Below, in pieces: positions 9,383 to 20,800 of a stretch of DNA of 64,000 nucleotides (position 1 is the stretch's first letter; the number at the start of each line of letters is the position of its first letter). Source of the DNA: Eubacteriales bacterium (lineage in GTDB: Bacteria; Bacillota; Clostridia; Oscillospirales; CAG-272). Under the pieces are notes generated by a model. The model did not search any database. It was not told where the DNA came from and saw nothing but the letters and a program-made list of their open reading frames with translations. The position numbers were made by a program, and so were the translations under genes. Where the stretch lies: positions 15,247-79,246 of the forward strand of contig JAZPYO010000040.1 of assembly GCA_045544195.1 (NCBI GenBank), given 5' to 3'.

Positions 9383-10645
9383 ATGAAGATCGAAACACAA
9401 TGCTTACATTCGGGATATTCTCCCAAAAACACAGAGCCGCGTGTTGTGCCGATAGTACAGAGCACAACGTACGTTTATGACTCTACGGAAGAGGTTGCAT
9501 CTGTCTTTGATGAACCCACGAAATCGCTTATATATTCAAGATTTGCCAACCCCACGGTAATGGCGGTTGAAAACAAGATCGCGGAGCTTGAGGGCGGCGT
9601 AGGCGCAATGTGCACGACCTCAGGTCAGGCAGCTACACTTCTTTCAATACTCAATATCTGCAGAGCAGGTGACAGCTTTATCAGCACGACTGAGATATAC
9701 GGCGGAACGGTAAACCTGTTTTCATACACATTTAAAAAGCTCGGAATTGAATGTATTTTTATTGATAAAAATGCATCTGATGAGGAGATAATGAAGGCAT
9801 TCAAGCCTAACACAAAGGCCGTATTCGGAGAAACGATAGCAAACCCCGCTTTGACAGTTCTCGATATTGAGCGTTTTGCTCGTATCGCTCACGCAAACAA
9901 CGTTCCGCTTATCGTTGACAATACATTTGCAACGCCCGTTCTTTGCAGACCTATTGATTTTGGCGCTGATATAGTTATCCACTCCACCTCAAAATATATG
10001 GATGGACACGCAGTACAGGTCGGCGGTGTTATCGTTGACAGCGGAAAATTTGACTGGACGTGCGGAAAATTCCCCGAATTAGTAGAGCCTGACGAATCGT
10101 ATCACGGCATATCCTATGTTGAAACATACGGCAAAGCGGCTTACATCATAAAGGCAAGAATGCAGCTTATGAGAGATTTCGGCGTATATCCTGCAGCACA
10201 CTCAGCATTCCTTCTTAACCTCGGTCTTGAGACGCTGGCAGTAAGAATGAAGCAGTACTGCGAGAACGCTATGATCGTAGCAAAGCACCTTGCAGGACAC
10301 GAAAAGATCGAGCGTATAAAATACTCAGGCCTTGAGGGTGATGAAGACAACCTTCTTGCAAAGAAATATCTCAAGGGCTCAAGCGGTGTTATTTCCATAA
10401 TAATCAAGGGCGGACGAGAAGGTGCTATGAAGTTTATGAACTCGTTGGAGCTTGCTTCCAACGAGGTACACGTAGCAGACATACGCACCTGTGTATTGCA
10501 CCCTGCAAGTGAAACTCACCGTCAGCTTACCGACGAGCAGCTCGTTAAGGCGGGTATTGAAGGCGGAATGGTAAGATTCTCCGTTGGTCTTGAAAACGTT
10601 GAGGACATAATCGCTGACATAGACAAGGCGTTGGCGGCAATATAA
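9383..10645 (+). CDS. metY: O-acetylhomoserine aminocarboxypropyltransferase / cysteine synthase family
   Basis: YSRFANPT, SGQAA, VDNTFATP, HSTSKY (PLP lysine), HPASETHRQL. Confidence 0.88.
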   Translation: MKIETQCLHSGYSPKNTEPRVVPIVQSTTYVYDSTEEVASVFDEPTKSLIYSRFANPTVMAVENKIAELEGGVGAMCTTSGQAATLLSILNICRAGDSFISTTEIYGGTVNLFSYTFKKLGIECIFIDKNASDEEIMKAFKPNTKAVFGETIANPALTVLDIERFARIAHANNVPLIVDNTFATPVLCRPIDFGADIVIHSTSKYMDGHAVQVGGVIVDSGKFDWTCGKFPELVEPDESYHGISYVETYGKAAYIIKARMQLMRDFGVYPAAHSAFLLNLGLETLAVRMKQYCENAMIVAKHLAGHEKIERIKYSGLEGDEDNLLAKKYLKGSSGVISIIIKGGREGAMKFMNSLELASNEVHVADIRTCVLHPASETHRQLTDEQLVKAGIEGGMVRFSVGLENVEDIIADIDKALAAI

Positions 10646-10654
10646 GACTACAAA

Positions 10655-10690
10655 AAAGGTAGATACACAGTCTTCTGTGTATCTACCTTT
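10655..10690. terminator. Bidirectional intrinsic terminator
   Basis: 16-bp perfect stem AAAGGTAGATACACAG / CTGTGTATCTACCTTT between convergent genes. Confidence 0.85.
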
Positions 10691-10714
10691 ATTTTTCGCT
10701 CGTTTTTCTGTATC

Positions 10715-11584
10715 TTACTCAGCAGTAAGTATGCCGCGAAGATACTCCGCAGCCAACGGAGAATTTATACATTCATATCCTATCATACGGACACTTGAAA
10801 TTATATCATACAGCATTTCTGTGTTCAACTGCACCTGATCCGAATCGTGATGATTTACAGTAGATGCTTCATACAAAAGAATAAACTTTTCTTTATCTGA
10901 CAAAGGAGCTATTTTGTTTTTCTGTCCCTGATACAGTCTTATGACCGTATTCAAGGGCGCCTTTTTATTCTCCCTTATCTGAGATGAGCCGCAAAAGGGA
11001 CTGCCGTATACGTAGTATATGCCGTTTTCCTTGCCTATCACCGTACAGTCGCCGTTTATGATAAGCGAATCAGAAAACATTTCTGCCCAGCGGTTAGTGA
11101 TCGTAGATTTGCCTGTGCCTGACGGTGCGGTAAACACAAAGCCATCACCCTTATCCTGCAGTATCACGCCGTGAAGCGTTATTTTGCCGCTATACAGCAG
11201 TGCTTCTTCTATTGCCATAATGTTGAGTATACGGAAGCTCCTTGCCATTACGGGCACGTCCTGCTGCTGTATATACATATCATAATGAAAATCGTATTCA
11301 TTCTTCCTTACAAGATATATACTGCTGTCCCGATCGTGCAATATACTGATGTTGAACTGCCTTACTGTATATTCGTCGGTTTTGTATATATACATACTGC
11401 GGTCAGTCATAACAGGCTTTGTAAGGCTGTACCGTTCGGGTAATGATCCTATGTGGACAGTATATATAACGTCCGCCTTGCAGCTTTCTGCTACGAACTG
11501 AGGAAAGAGGCTTTCAAAAACGGTCAGCTCTATCGGTGTGTCTATTCTGAACGTAGTATTTGCAAAATGCAGATAATGCTCCAT
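10715..11584 (-). CDS. HPr-kinase-like P-loop protein (ScmC / RiPP-associated HprK-related type)
   Basis: LHGVIL...FTAPSGTGKST...IINGD...YGSPFCG. Start moved to the ATG at 11584 (RBS AAGGGGA) because the longer ORF runs through the rpsU terminator. Confidence 0.75.
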   Translation of the reverse strand: MEHYLHFANTTFRIDTPIELTVFESLFPQFVAESCKADVIYTVHIGSLPERYSLTKPVMTDRSMYIYKTDEYTVRQFNISILHDRDSSIYLVRKNEYDFHYDMYIQQQDVPVMARSFRILNIMAIEEALLYSGKITLHGVILQDKGDGFVFTAPSGTGKSTITNRWAEMFSDSLIINGDCTVIGKENGIYYVYGSPFCGSSQIRENKKAPLNTVIRLYQGQKNKIAPLSDKEKFILLYEASTVNHHDSDQVQLNTEMLYDIISSVRMIGYECINSPLAAEYLRGILTAE

Positions 11585-11613
11585 TTTATCCCCCTTATCC
11601 TTTATATTTAAAC

Positions 11614-11648
11614 AAAAAGGGATCGCAGGCAAAACTGCAATCCCTGTT
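11614..11648 (-). terminator. rpsU terminator
   Basis: Minus strand AGGGATTGCAG-TTTTGC-CTGCGATCCCT-TTTT. Confidence 0.75.
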
Positions 11649-11661
11649 GTGTGTACATCAA

Positions 11662-11838
11662 TTACTTGTACTTGCGCTTTCTTGCCGCCTCGGACTTCTT
11701 CTTGCGCTTTACGCTGGGCTTCTCATAGTGCTCTCTCTTACGGAGCTCTGTGAGTACTCCCGAACGTGCACACTGTCTTTTAAATCTGCGAAGAGCACTG
11801 TCAAGCGTTTCGTTCTCTTTTACTCTGACTTCTGCCAT
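11662..11838 (-). CDS. rpsU: 30S ribosomal protein S21 (absent from the ORF track, 58 aa)
   Basis: Manual translation [58 protein letters not shown]; RBS GGGAGG. Confidence 0.97.
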   Translation of the reverse strand: MAEVRVKENETLDSALRRFKRQCARSGVLTELRKREHYEKPSVKRKKKSEAARKRKYK

Positions 11839-11875
11839 TATTATTCCCTCCCTTCGCGTTACACATCTGCGAAAT

Positions 11876-11904
11876 ATTATATACCCAAACTATAAAAATG
11901 TCAA
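11876..11904 (-). promoter_or_regulatory. sigma-A promoter of rpsU
   Basis: TTGACA-17-TATAAT on the minus strand. Confidence 0.85.
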
Positions 11905-11953
11905 GTATTTTTTGCGATTTTTTTCTAAAAATACGACAAAAATATCGCCTTAA

Positions 11954-14356
11954 TTATTTCACAACTATGTTGAATATTTTACCGGGTACGTATATTTCTT
12001 TCACTATTGTTTTTCCCGTAATATATTCAGCTATTCTTTCGTTTTCCATTACCGCCTTCATAGCCGTATCCTTATCGCAATCTCTGCTCAGAGTTACCGT
12101 TCCGCGCATCTTTCCGTTGATCTGCACGCCGATCTCGATAGTGCTGTCAACTGTCTTTGATTCATCGAACGACGGCCAAGCTGTGCGTGAGCAGAGTCCG
12201 TTTCCGCCGAGAGATTCCCATATTTCCTCACAGAGATGGGGAGCAAAGGGGCACAGAAGCGTAACGAAGGTCATAGCCTCATCCTTTGTGAGCGAGCCTA
12301 TGGAGTTTATTTCGTTGAGCAAGGACATCAACGCGGCAATAGCGGTATTGAATTTCATATTGTCAATATCCTCTGTTACCTTCTTAACAGTCTTATGGAA
12401 CAGCGATTCGAGCTTCGGTGTAACACCTGTACCGCTTATAAGCTCGGGTAAAGATGCGACTCTTTCCAAAAATCTCTTACATCCCTTTATACTTTCCTGT
12501 GACCAGGGAGCAGATTTTTCAAAATCACCTATAAACATTTCGTAAAGACGCAGAGCGTCAGCACCGTAATCTCTTACTATATCGTCAGGATTGATAACGT
12601 TTCCTCTCGACTTTGACATCTTTTCGCCGTTTTCGCCCAAGATCATACCGTGTGCGGTACGCTTCATATAAGGCTCTTTGCAGGACAGAACGCCTATATC
12701 ATAAAGGAACTTTGCCCAGAAGCGTGAATACAGCAGGTGAAGCGTTACATGCTCCATACCGCCGTTATACCAGTCAACAGGCATCCAGTAATCGAGAGCT
12801 TCCTTTGATGCAAGCTCATTCATATTATCAGGATCGCAGTAACGCAAAAAATACCACGATGAGCCTGCCCAGTTAGGCATGGTGTCTGTCTCTCTTGTTG
12901 CGTGTCCGCCGCAGGCAGGGCACGTTGTATTTACCCAATCCGTCGCCTTAGCCAAGGGAGATTCGCCCGTGTCAGTAGGCTCATATGCTTCAACATCGGG
13001 AAGCGTCAGGGGAAGCTGATCCTCGGGAATCGGCACCCAGCCGCATTTTTCACAGTATACCAGCGGAACAGGCTCGCCCCAATATCTCTGACGGGAGAAT
13101 ACCCAGTCACGCAGCTTATAGTTAGTCTTCTTTTCACCGATATTGTTTTCCGTGAGCCATTCGATTATCTTGACCTTCGCATCAGCTACCTGCAAGCCGT
13201 CAAGAAATCCCGAATTTACCATAACGCCCGTTTCAACATCGGTAAATGCTTCATTCTGAACGTCTCCGCCTGCAACCACCTCGATTATCGGCAGATCGAA
13301 CTTCTTTGCAAACTCCCAGTCACGCGTATCGTGCGCGGGAACTGCCATTATTGCGCCTGTACCGTATGTAGCAAGTACGTAGTCAGATACGAATATCGGT
13401 ATCTGCTTGCCGTTTACGGGATTTATTGCCATAACTCCGTCAAGCCTTACGCCCGTTTTATCCTTCGCAAGCTCCGTTCTTTCAAAATCGGATTTTTTCG
13501 CCGCATTTTCCTTATATGCGATGATCTCACCGTAATTTACGAGCTTATCCTTCCACTTTTCAACAAGTGCATGCTCGGGAGCAACTACCATATATGTTGC
13601 GCCGAAAAGCGTATCGGGGCGTGTTGTATAAACTACTATGTCATCACCCTCTGTGGACTTGAATTTCACTTCTGCACCGTATGAACGTCCGATCCAGTTG
13701 ATCTCCTGCGTCTTTACTCTCTCAATAAAGTCAAGACCCTCAAGATCGTCTATCAGTCTGTCGGCATATTCGGTGATCTTGAGCATCCACTGGCTTTTTA
13801 CCTTACGGATGACCTCAGAGCCGCAACGCTCGCACGCACCGTTTATGACCTCCTCGTTTGCAAGAACCACCTTGCACGATGTACAGAAGTTTACGGACAT
13901 TTCCTTCTTATAAGCAAGACCGTGCTTATACAACTGCAGGAATATCCACTGTGTCCACTTTACATAATTAGGATCGGTCGTATCTATCTCTCTTGACCAA
14001 TCGAATGAAAGACCGAGCATTTTAAGCTGACGCTTAAACTTTTCAACGTTAGTCTTTGTAACTATCGACGGGTGTATCTTATTCTTGATAGCGTAGTTTT
14101 CGGTAGGAAGGCCAAATGCATCCCAGCCCATAGGGAAAAGCACATTGTAGCCCTGCATACGCTTTTTACGTGAAACTATGTCAAGCGCGGTATAAGGACG
14201 GGGGTGACCGATATGCAAGCCCTGTCCTGACGGATACGGAAACTCAACAAGTGCATAGTATTTAGGGAGCGTATAGTCATTTTCGGCTTTAAATGCCTGG
14301 CATTCATCCCATTTATCCTGCCATTTTTTCTCAATACTTGTGTAATCGTATTTCAT
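11954..14356 (-). CDS. leuS: Leucine--tRNA ligase
   Basis: FPYPSG.GLHIGH, KMSKS, editing domain TTRPDTLFG. Confidence 0.97.
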   Translation of the reverse strand: MKYDYTSIEKKWQDKWDECQAFKAENDYTLPKYYALVEFPYPSGQGLHIGHPRPYTALDIVSRKKRMQGYNVLFPMGWDAFGLPTENYAIKNKIHPSIVTKTNVEKFKRQLKMLGLSFDWSREIDTTDPNYVKWTQWIFLQLYKHGLAYKKEMSVNFCTSCKVVLANEEVINGACERCGSEVIRKVKSQWMLKITEYADRLIDDLEGLDFIERVKTQEINWIGRSYGAEVKFKSTEGDDIVVYTTRPDTLFGATYMVVAPEHALVEKWKDKLVNYGEIIAYKENAAKKSDFERTELAKDKTGVRLDGVMAINPVNGKQIPIFVSDYVLATYGTGAIMAVPAHDTRDWEFAKKFDLPIIEVVAGGDVQNEAFTDVETGVMVNSGFLDGLQVADAKVKIIEWLTENNIGEKKTNYKLRDWVFSRQRYWGEPVPLVYCEKCGWVPIPEDQLPLTLPDVEAYEPTDTGESPLAKATDWVNTTCPACGGHATRETDTMPNWAGSSWYFLRYCDPDNMNELASKEALDYWMPVDWYNGGMEHVTLHLLYSRFWAKFLYDIGVLSCKEPYMKRTAHGMILGENGEKMSKSRGNVINPDDIVRDYGADALRLYEMFIGDFEKSAPWSQESIKGCKRFLERVASLPELISGTGVTPKLESLFHKTVKKVTEDIDNMKFNTAIAALMSLLNEINSIGSLTKDEAMTFVTLLCPFAPHLCEEIWESLGGNGLCSRTAWPSFDESKTVDSTIEIGVQINGKMRGTVTLSRDCDKDTAMKAVMENERIAEYITGKTIVKEIYVPGKIFNIVVK

Positions 14357-14379
14357 ATTCGTTTTCCTTCATTATGATA

Positions 14380-14808
14380 TTATTCTTCCGATATTGAAGC
14401 ATCGGTTGGTATCTGTACAGCCTCGCCCCACAGCTTATCGAGCTTGTAGAACTCCCTTGCGGATCTTATGAACACGTGAACTATAACCGAGGAGAAGTCA
14501 AGCACGCACCATTCGCCGCCGCCCATACCGTCAGTACGTGCAACAGGCGCGCCGCACAGAGCCATCTGGTATTCCACCTCATCAGAAAGAGATTTTACGT
14601 GTGTTGTTGAATTAGCGGTACAAATAACGAAATAATCCGCTATTATCGTTTTTGAATGTACCTGCAGAAGCTTGATATCATCGCCCTTTTTAATATCGAG
14701 AATGCTGACTATCTTGTCAGCTATCTTTTTAGGATCTGCACTTGAAAGATCCTCTATCTCTATCTGAAGAGCATTGGGATCTGACGTTGAAAATATCTGA
14801 TCAGCCAT
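14380..14808 (-). CDS. rsfS: Ribosome silencing factor
   Basis: DYFVICTANS, WCVLDF, REFYKLDKLW. Confidence 0.93.
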   Translation of the reverse strand: MADQIFSTSDPNALQIEIEDLSSADPKKIADKIVSILDIKKGDDIKLLQVHSKTIIADYFVICTANSTTHVKSLSDEVEYQMALCGAPVARTDGMGGGEWCVLDFSSVIVHVFIRSAREFYKLDKLWGEAVQIPTDASISEE

Positions 14809-14821
14809 TTTGTTCCTTCCT

Positions 14822-15445
14822 TTACTTTATAATTTGCCGCATCTGCTCCCAGCCTGAAAGTGTATCAGGGTGAATAAATGCGTCTTTTTCTTTCAGATGG
14901 CCTACGGTATTATCGTAAGCCAAAAATACCGCTTTGTCAAGATGATTTTCCAAATTTTCTCCGTTTGTATCGAAAAAATAGAAATCGTGAAGACGCTTGC
15001 AGGCATCGTGACGTCGCTTCGGCTCAATATAATCGGACAAAAAAACTATTTTTTCTGCCGTTGACATATCAATACCGCCCGTACAGTGCTTGCGTATTAT
15101 ATCAAGTATCACATCATCATTGTATGTCGGGTATTTTTCCTTTACATATTCCGCGCCTGTGAGCTGGTGTAATACCTGCGGACTTTTCAATTCGTTATCT
15201 GTAAGCGTTATACCGTACCTTTTGCACATTTGAAGCTGATCGGAAACGCTTTTTTCCCTTGTTATGTCATGCAAAAAACCCGCCTTGACAGTCCTTTCAG
15301 TCGTTTCATCATCCAATGAAAGCTGTCTGCACAGAATATACGCTGTCTGCGCTACTGAAACAACATGCTCATACCGTTCATCTGACAGCTCCGATGACAT
15401 TATTGCATAAAGCTCTTTTGTATATTCAAGGTCTGTAAAGTCCAT
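14822..15445 (-). CDS. yqeK: Ap4A hydrolase, HD domain
   Basis: RYEH, LHDI, DYIEP.R motifs; nadD-yqeK-rsfS synteny. Confidence 0.9.
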   Translation of the reverse strand: MDFTDLEYTKELYAIMSSELSDERYEHVVSVAQTAYILCRQLSLDDETTERTVKAGFLHDITREKSVSDQLQMCKRYGITLTDNELKSPQVLHQLTGAEYVKEKYPTYNDDVILDIIRKHCTGGIDMSTAEKIVFLSDYIEPKRRHDACKRLHDFYFFDTNGENLENHLDKAVFLAYDNTVGHLKEKDAFIHPDTLSGWEQMRQIIK

Positions 15446-16037
15446 TTTTCTTTATATACTCCATTACATCAGGGCATACAAAATCGGATATATCCTCACC
15501 GCTTGCAGCCATATTGCGTATCTGAGTTGATGACAGCGGATACGGTGCATACTCGGGCGTTATAATACGCGCACCGTATACCGCTATATATTCTTCCTTT
15601 TTTTCTTCTATCTTGCGAAGTATCTCTTTTCCGCTTTGACGCGGAAAGCACACAATAGTCGAAAGAGAAAATATTTTTTCAGGCTGATACCAGGTATCGA
15701 GCGTAAGAAACATATCGTCTCCCGTGAGCAAGAACAGCTCGTTATCTTCTGTTTTGAAATGCTCCAGCGTATCCTTTGTGTAGCTTATGCCCTTTTTTTC
15801 GATCTCATAATCGGATACGGTTGCTTTTTCAACATTTGCAAATGCAAGTGCCGCCATTTCAAGCCGTTGATACGGTGTGCTTCCGTTGTCCGCCTGCTTA
15901 TGCGGCGGCGTCCACGTTACTGTAATTATCAATTCGTCAAGATCTGCGCACTTGACAAACTCCTCCGATGCCAGAACGTGACCGTTGTGCGGAGGTGAAA
16001 ACGTACCGCCGTATATACCTATTCTCTTTTTTCTCAT
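15426..16037 (-). CDS. nadD: Nicotinate-nucleotide adenylyltransferase
   Basis: GGTFSPPHNGH, SSTQIR. Confidence 0.95.
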   Translation of the reverse strand: MRKKRIGIYGGTFSPPHNGHVLASEEFVKCADLDELIITVTWTPPHKQADNGSTPYQRLEMAALAFANVEKATVSDYEIEKKGISYTKDTLEHFKTEDNELFLLTGDDMFLTLDTWYQPEKIFSLSTIVCFPRQSGKEILRKIEEKKEEYIAVYGARIITPEYAPYPLSSTQIRNMAASGEDISDFVCPDVMEYIKKNGLYRP

Positions 16038-16339
16038 TTAGGCAGTATTATCCTTTTTTCTCTGCGTTTTTTGTCCTGTGTTTCACGGTATAAAACGATC
16101 TTCGCGCCTATTACCGCAACACAGTCCGCGCCTGTTTGCTCACACAGTATTTCCGCTGCCTCTTTTGCAGTATACGGTGAGTTTTCAAGCACGTGGAGCT
16201 TAATAAGCTCGTGTGCTGTAAGCGCATCTGATATTTGCTTTACCATATTTTCGCCTATCTCGTTCTTGCCGACCTGGAAAATAGGCGTCAGCGTTTGAGC
16301 AAGAGATCTTAAAAACGCTCTTTGTTTTGATGTCAGCAT
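16034..16339 (-). CDS. yhbY: YhbY (CRM domain) RNA-binding protein
   Basis: MLTSKQRAFLRSLA, QVGK, HELIK. Confidence 0.93.
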   Translation of the reverse strand: MLTSKQRAFLRSLAQTLTPIFQVGKNEIGENMVKQISDALTAHELIKLHVLENSPYTAKEAAEILCEQTGADCVAVIGAKIVLYRETQDKKRREKRIILPK

Positions 16340-16923
16340 AATTCCTCCAGCCTTTTTGCAAGGGCTGATATCGCCTTTGCTCTGTGGCTAATTTTATTTT
16401 TTTCTTCAGGTGTCAAAAGCGAAAACGTTTTATCATACGGCGGATAATAGAATACAGGGTCGTATCCGAAGCCGCCGCTGCCGCATTTTTCACGAAGTAT
16501 CATTCCCTCAACGCTTCCCTGAACGCTGATCTTCGTTCCGTCAGGAAACACACAGCTCATACAGCAGATAAAATGCGCCGTTCTTTTCTCATCGGGAATG
16601 TTTTTCATTTTTTCAAGCAGAAAAGCGATATTATCCTCGTCATTGCCGCCCGAATACCTTGCGGAATACACCCCCGGCTCACCGTTAAGGCTGTCAACAC
16701 ACAGCCCTGAATCATCCGCAATTCCGACATATCCCATTTTTGCGGGAACAGATGCCTTTATCAAGGAGTTTTCCTCAAATGTTTCGCCCGTTTCCTCAAT
16801 ATCATCGGTATATCCTATATCAGCAAGTGACAGTATTTTTATATCAGGAATTTTTTCCGACAGTATTGCCTGCAGCTCTGCTATTTTCTTTTTATTATTT
16901 GAAGCAAGTACAAATTCCATCAT
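16333..16923 (-). CDS. rdgB: Non-canonical purine NTP pyrophosphatase (HAM1)
   Basis: ADDSGL, PGVYSAR, FGYDP, ISHR. Confidence 0.95.
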   Translation of the reverse strand: MMEFVLASNNKKKIAELQAILSEKIPDIKILSLADIGYTDDIEETGETFEENSLIKASVPAKMGYVGIADDSGLCVDSLNGEPGVYSARYSGGNDEDNIAFLLEKMKNIPDEKRTAHFICCMSCVFPDGTKISVQGSVEGMILREKCGSGGFGYDPVFYYPPYDKTFSLLTPEEKNKISHRAKAISALAKRLEELC

Positions 16924-17825
16924 TCGAACAATGCCTTTATAAATTCTTCGGCAACGAACGGCTGCATATCGTCAGCCTTTTCACCGACACCGATATACTT
17001 GACGGGTATGCCCAATTCCTCTTTTATGGAAATAACTATACCGCCCTTTGCAGTACCGTCGAGCTTTGTGAGAACAAGTCCCGTTATTTCTGCGGCGTTT
17101 TTAAATTCCTTTGCCTGAATTACCGCATTTTGTCCCGTAGTCGCATCAAGCACCAGAAGAGTTTCTCTTGAAGCATCGGGGGCTTCTCTCAATATGACAC
17201 GGTTGATCTTTGCAAGCTCGTCCATAAGATTTTTCTTATTGTGGAGTCTGCCTGCGGTATCTACGATAAGAACATCCGCTTTTTTTGCCTTTGCGGCATT
17301 TACAGCATCGTAAACAACTGCGGCGGGGTCTGAGCCTTCAGCGTGCTTTATTATATCCACGCCGACTCTGTCGGCCCATATCTGAAGCTGGTCGATCGCC
17401 GCCGCGCGAAACGTATCTGCTGCGGCAAGAACGACCTTTTTGCCCTGTGATTTGAGATTGTTTGCGATCTTTGCTATGGACGTGGTCTTACCTACGCCGT
17501 TTACGCCTATAACGAGAATTACAGACGGCGTAGTTGAAAGATCAAGCCCGTCTCCGTCGCCGATCATTTCGGCTATTATCGCCTTAAGCTCCTCGTATAC
17601 AAGCTCGCTTTCCGTTATTTTGTCAGCCTTTACCTTATAGCGAAGCCTTTCGAGTATCGTTTCTGTTGCGCTTACTCCGACATCGGCTGTAATGAGTATT
17701 TCCTCAAGCTCATCAAAAAGGTCCTCATCCACCGTGCGCATATTTATGAAAAGGTCCTTGACCCTTCCGAACAGCGCATCCTTTGTCTTTGCAAGTCCTG
17801 CCTTAAGTTTATCAAAAAATGCCAT
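16920..17825 (-). CDS. ftsY: SRP receptor
   Basis: GVNGVGKTT, DTFRAAA, DTAGR, TKLDGTAKGG. Confidence 0.97.
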   Translation of the reverse strand: MAFFDKLKAGLAKTKDALFGRVKDLFINMRTVDEDLFDELEEILITADVGVSATETILERLRYKVKADKITESELVYEELKAIIAEMIGDGDGLDLSTTPSVILVIGVNGVGKTTSIAKIANNLKSQGKKVVLAAADTFRAAAIDQLQIWADRVGVDIIKHAEGSDPAAVVYDAVNAAKAKKADVLIVDTAGRLHNKKNLMDELAKINRVILREAPDASRETLLVLDATTGQNAVIQAKEFKNAAEITGLVLTKLDGTAKGGIVISIKEELGIPVKYIGVGEKADDMQPFVAEEFIKALFE

Positions 17826-17838
17826 CTTATATCACTCC

Positions 17839-20800
17839 TTAATCCAGCTTTCCGATCTTTTGCTCTATTTCGTCAACGTCTACTGAAAGTATCTTGGATA
17901 TACCCTTCGTAGGCATCGTTACACCGTACAGTCTGTCAGCAGATTCCATCGTACCTCTTCTGTGGGAAATAAGGATAAACTGCGTTTTTTTCTTATTTTC
18001 CGTAAGATAATCGGCAAATCTGTCAACGTTCACCTCATCAAGCGCCGCCTCTATCTCATCAAGCAATATGAACGGCGTGGGATTTACCTCAAGCAACGCA
18101 AAATACAGCGCTATGGCGACGAACGATTGCTCACCGCCTGAAAGCAGTGACAGGCTCTTGATTATCTTACCCGGGGGTGCAACGTTAATATCTATACCGG
18201 ATTCAAGCACATTATCCGGCTCTGCAAGTCTTATTTCCGCAGTTCCTCCGCCGAAAAGCCTTGCAAACACTCTGCCAAAGCAGGTGTTTATCTCCGTTAT
18301 CGCCTCTGTGAACGCTTGCTTCATTTCCTCATCGAGCTTATAGATTATCTCCTCAAGCTCCGTTTTGGCTTTTTTGAGATCCTCTGTTTGCACTGTCATA
18401 AAGTCGTAACGCTCCTTGACGCTCTTGTATTCCTCAGGAGCATTTACGTTAACGTGACCCAGCGCACGTATCTTATTTTTCAATTCCGCCTGATGCTTTG
18501 CGTTTTCCGCTCTGTTTTCACGTGTTATCTGTATTGAAAGCGGTATTTCCTTCGCCTGCGAATACGTCAGCTCGTGATCCTCAAGCAGTACCGTTGAAAG
18601 CTTTTCTCTTTTTTCCTCAGCATTCAACAGCCTTGATTCGTATGACGTATATTCACGGAACATCAGCTCCTTTTTATGAGCCTTTTCCTTTTCGGCGTTT
18701 CGTGAAGCATTCAGAGCGCTTTCAAGCTGAAGCGCCTGTGAAGACAGATCTGCAAGAACCGATCTTGATTTTTCGATCTGCGCATCGAGCTCCTCAGCCT
18801 CCTTGCCCGATCTTAACGCAAGCTCGGTATGATCTTCATACGATTTTTTAAGAAATGCTATTCTTTCCTGTGCTTCTTTTGCTCTTTGTCCTGCGCTGAA
18901 CGCTCTTTCGGTAAGCTCCTTAAGAACACCTGCTTCAAGCTGCAGCACCTTTGCATTTTCAGCTATTGATATATCAGATGACGATATGCTTTTGCGGTAT
19001 TCCTCCTGAGAAGCGTTGCCGTCCTGTATCTGTTGCTCAACAGATGCCAGATGCGCCGTTTTTTCATCAAGCTCCTTACTGAGCACTAAAAGCCTTGCTG
19101 AATTTTCTTCCTTTTCCTTTAGTCTGCGTTCGCCTCTGGCGCTGATATCCTTTTTCTCATCTTCAAGCTCATGTAAGCGTGATCTGTCTGTGCTTATCTG
19201 TGCCAAAAGCACCTGAAGCTGAGTGTTCTCCGCATTCATAAGCGAGGTAATGATAGAAGACGAGTTTTCCGCATTCTGTGCGTTTATCTCATATTTCTGC
19301 TGTTGGGCAAGCACCGAGTCAAGCTGTCCTTGCAGCTCCTGCTGCTTTTTTTTGCCTTCATGTATCTGCTTTGTGAGAGTGTCTATCTGCGTGTTTCTTG
19401 AAAGCATTCCGCTGTCTGTTCTTGCAGATCCTCCCGTATAAGAGCCGCCGGCATTTATAAGCTGACCGTCAAGAGTAACGATACGTATCTTATATCCGTA
19501 CTTTTTGGCGAATACGGATGCCTTATCCATATTTTCAAACACGACTGTTCTGCCAAGCAGATTTCCGATCACTCCGCTGAATTTCTCATCGCACGATGCA
19601 AGAGAGGATGCAACGGCTATGTATCCGTCATTTTTGGACAGCTCCTGCTCTGTATACTGCAAAAACATCGGCTTTATCGTTGATACAGGGTAGAATGTGG
19701 CTCGTCCTGCACCGTTTTTCTGCAGATGCCTTATAGCCGCCTTTGCCGCCGCATCGTCCTTTACAACGATATTCTGCATTGCCGCGCCGAGTGCAGTCTC
19801 GATAGCGGTCGTATATTTGCCCTCTACCTTGATAAGCCTTGAAACAGGGCCGTATATCTCGCCGCACATACCTCCGTCAGACGACTTGATATTTCCCTTT
19901 GAATACTCCTCAACAACAAATCTTACACTGTGGGAATATCCTTCCAGCAGCTCTTCCATACGGCGAAGATTGTCTACGCGATGTTTTTTTGAAGATATGT
20001 CTATGTATATTTCATTTATTTTGTCACGCAAAGCCTGTGCCTTGCTTGCACACTGCGCGGAAAGCTCTCTTTGTGCCTTAGCCTCGCCTGCTGCTTCGGA
20101 ATACTTTTCCTCGTAATCCTTTATGACCTTTTCGGATCTTTCGGCTCTTTCCTGTATCATTTCAAGGCTTTGGCGTTTTTGCGCTATCTCAGAGTCAAGA
20201 CCTATGGCTCTTGCCTCGTCCTCACCGTCACCCGTATCGGATACGGACAGCTTTATCCGTATATCCGTTATTTCATCCTTGAGGTCTTGTATTTTCTTCT
20301 GACACTCGTCAGCCTCTGCGCTTCTTTCCTCAAGCTGACGGGTTATTTCTTCGTACCGTGCGGCAAGAAGCGCTCTTTGCGCTGAAAGCTGTACGCCTTT
20401 TTCTTCAGCTTCTCTTACCGCCTGCTCCTTTTCGCTTATGCGCTGCGCAAGCTCCTGTGAATCGCTGACGGCAGCTCTGTATATCTCCTCTGCTGCGGAT
20501 GTGTCCGCCTTGATATGCTCAAGCTCCTTCAAAGCAACTGAAGCATCTCCGCTCCTTTGGAATTTTTTCTCCGTCAAGGCGGTTATCTTTTCGCCTTCAA
20601 TATCCTGCAAGCGCTTGTTTTCGCGTGTTTTTTCCATTATGGATTCGGTCTTTTCCTCCAAAGACGCAAGCTCGGTTGACGCAAGCTCAAGCTCTGTTTT
20701 ATATAACTCATACGAGCCTCTGAGCTTTTTTATCTCCTCTGTAAGAAGTGCCATATCATAAAGCCACAGAGCTATGTCAAGCTCCTTCTTTTCGCCGTGA

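Noticed and set aside
10715-11900. Lasso peptide/RiPP cluster with a small precursor upstream of the kinase
   Set aside because: The small upstream ORF is ribosomal protein S21; no cyclase, peptidase or RRE gene is present.
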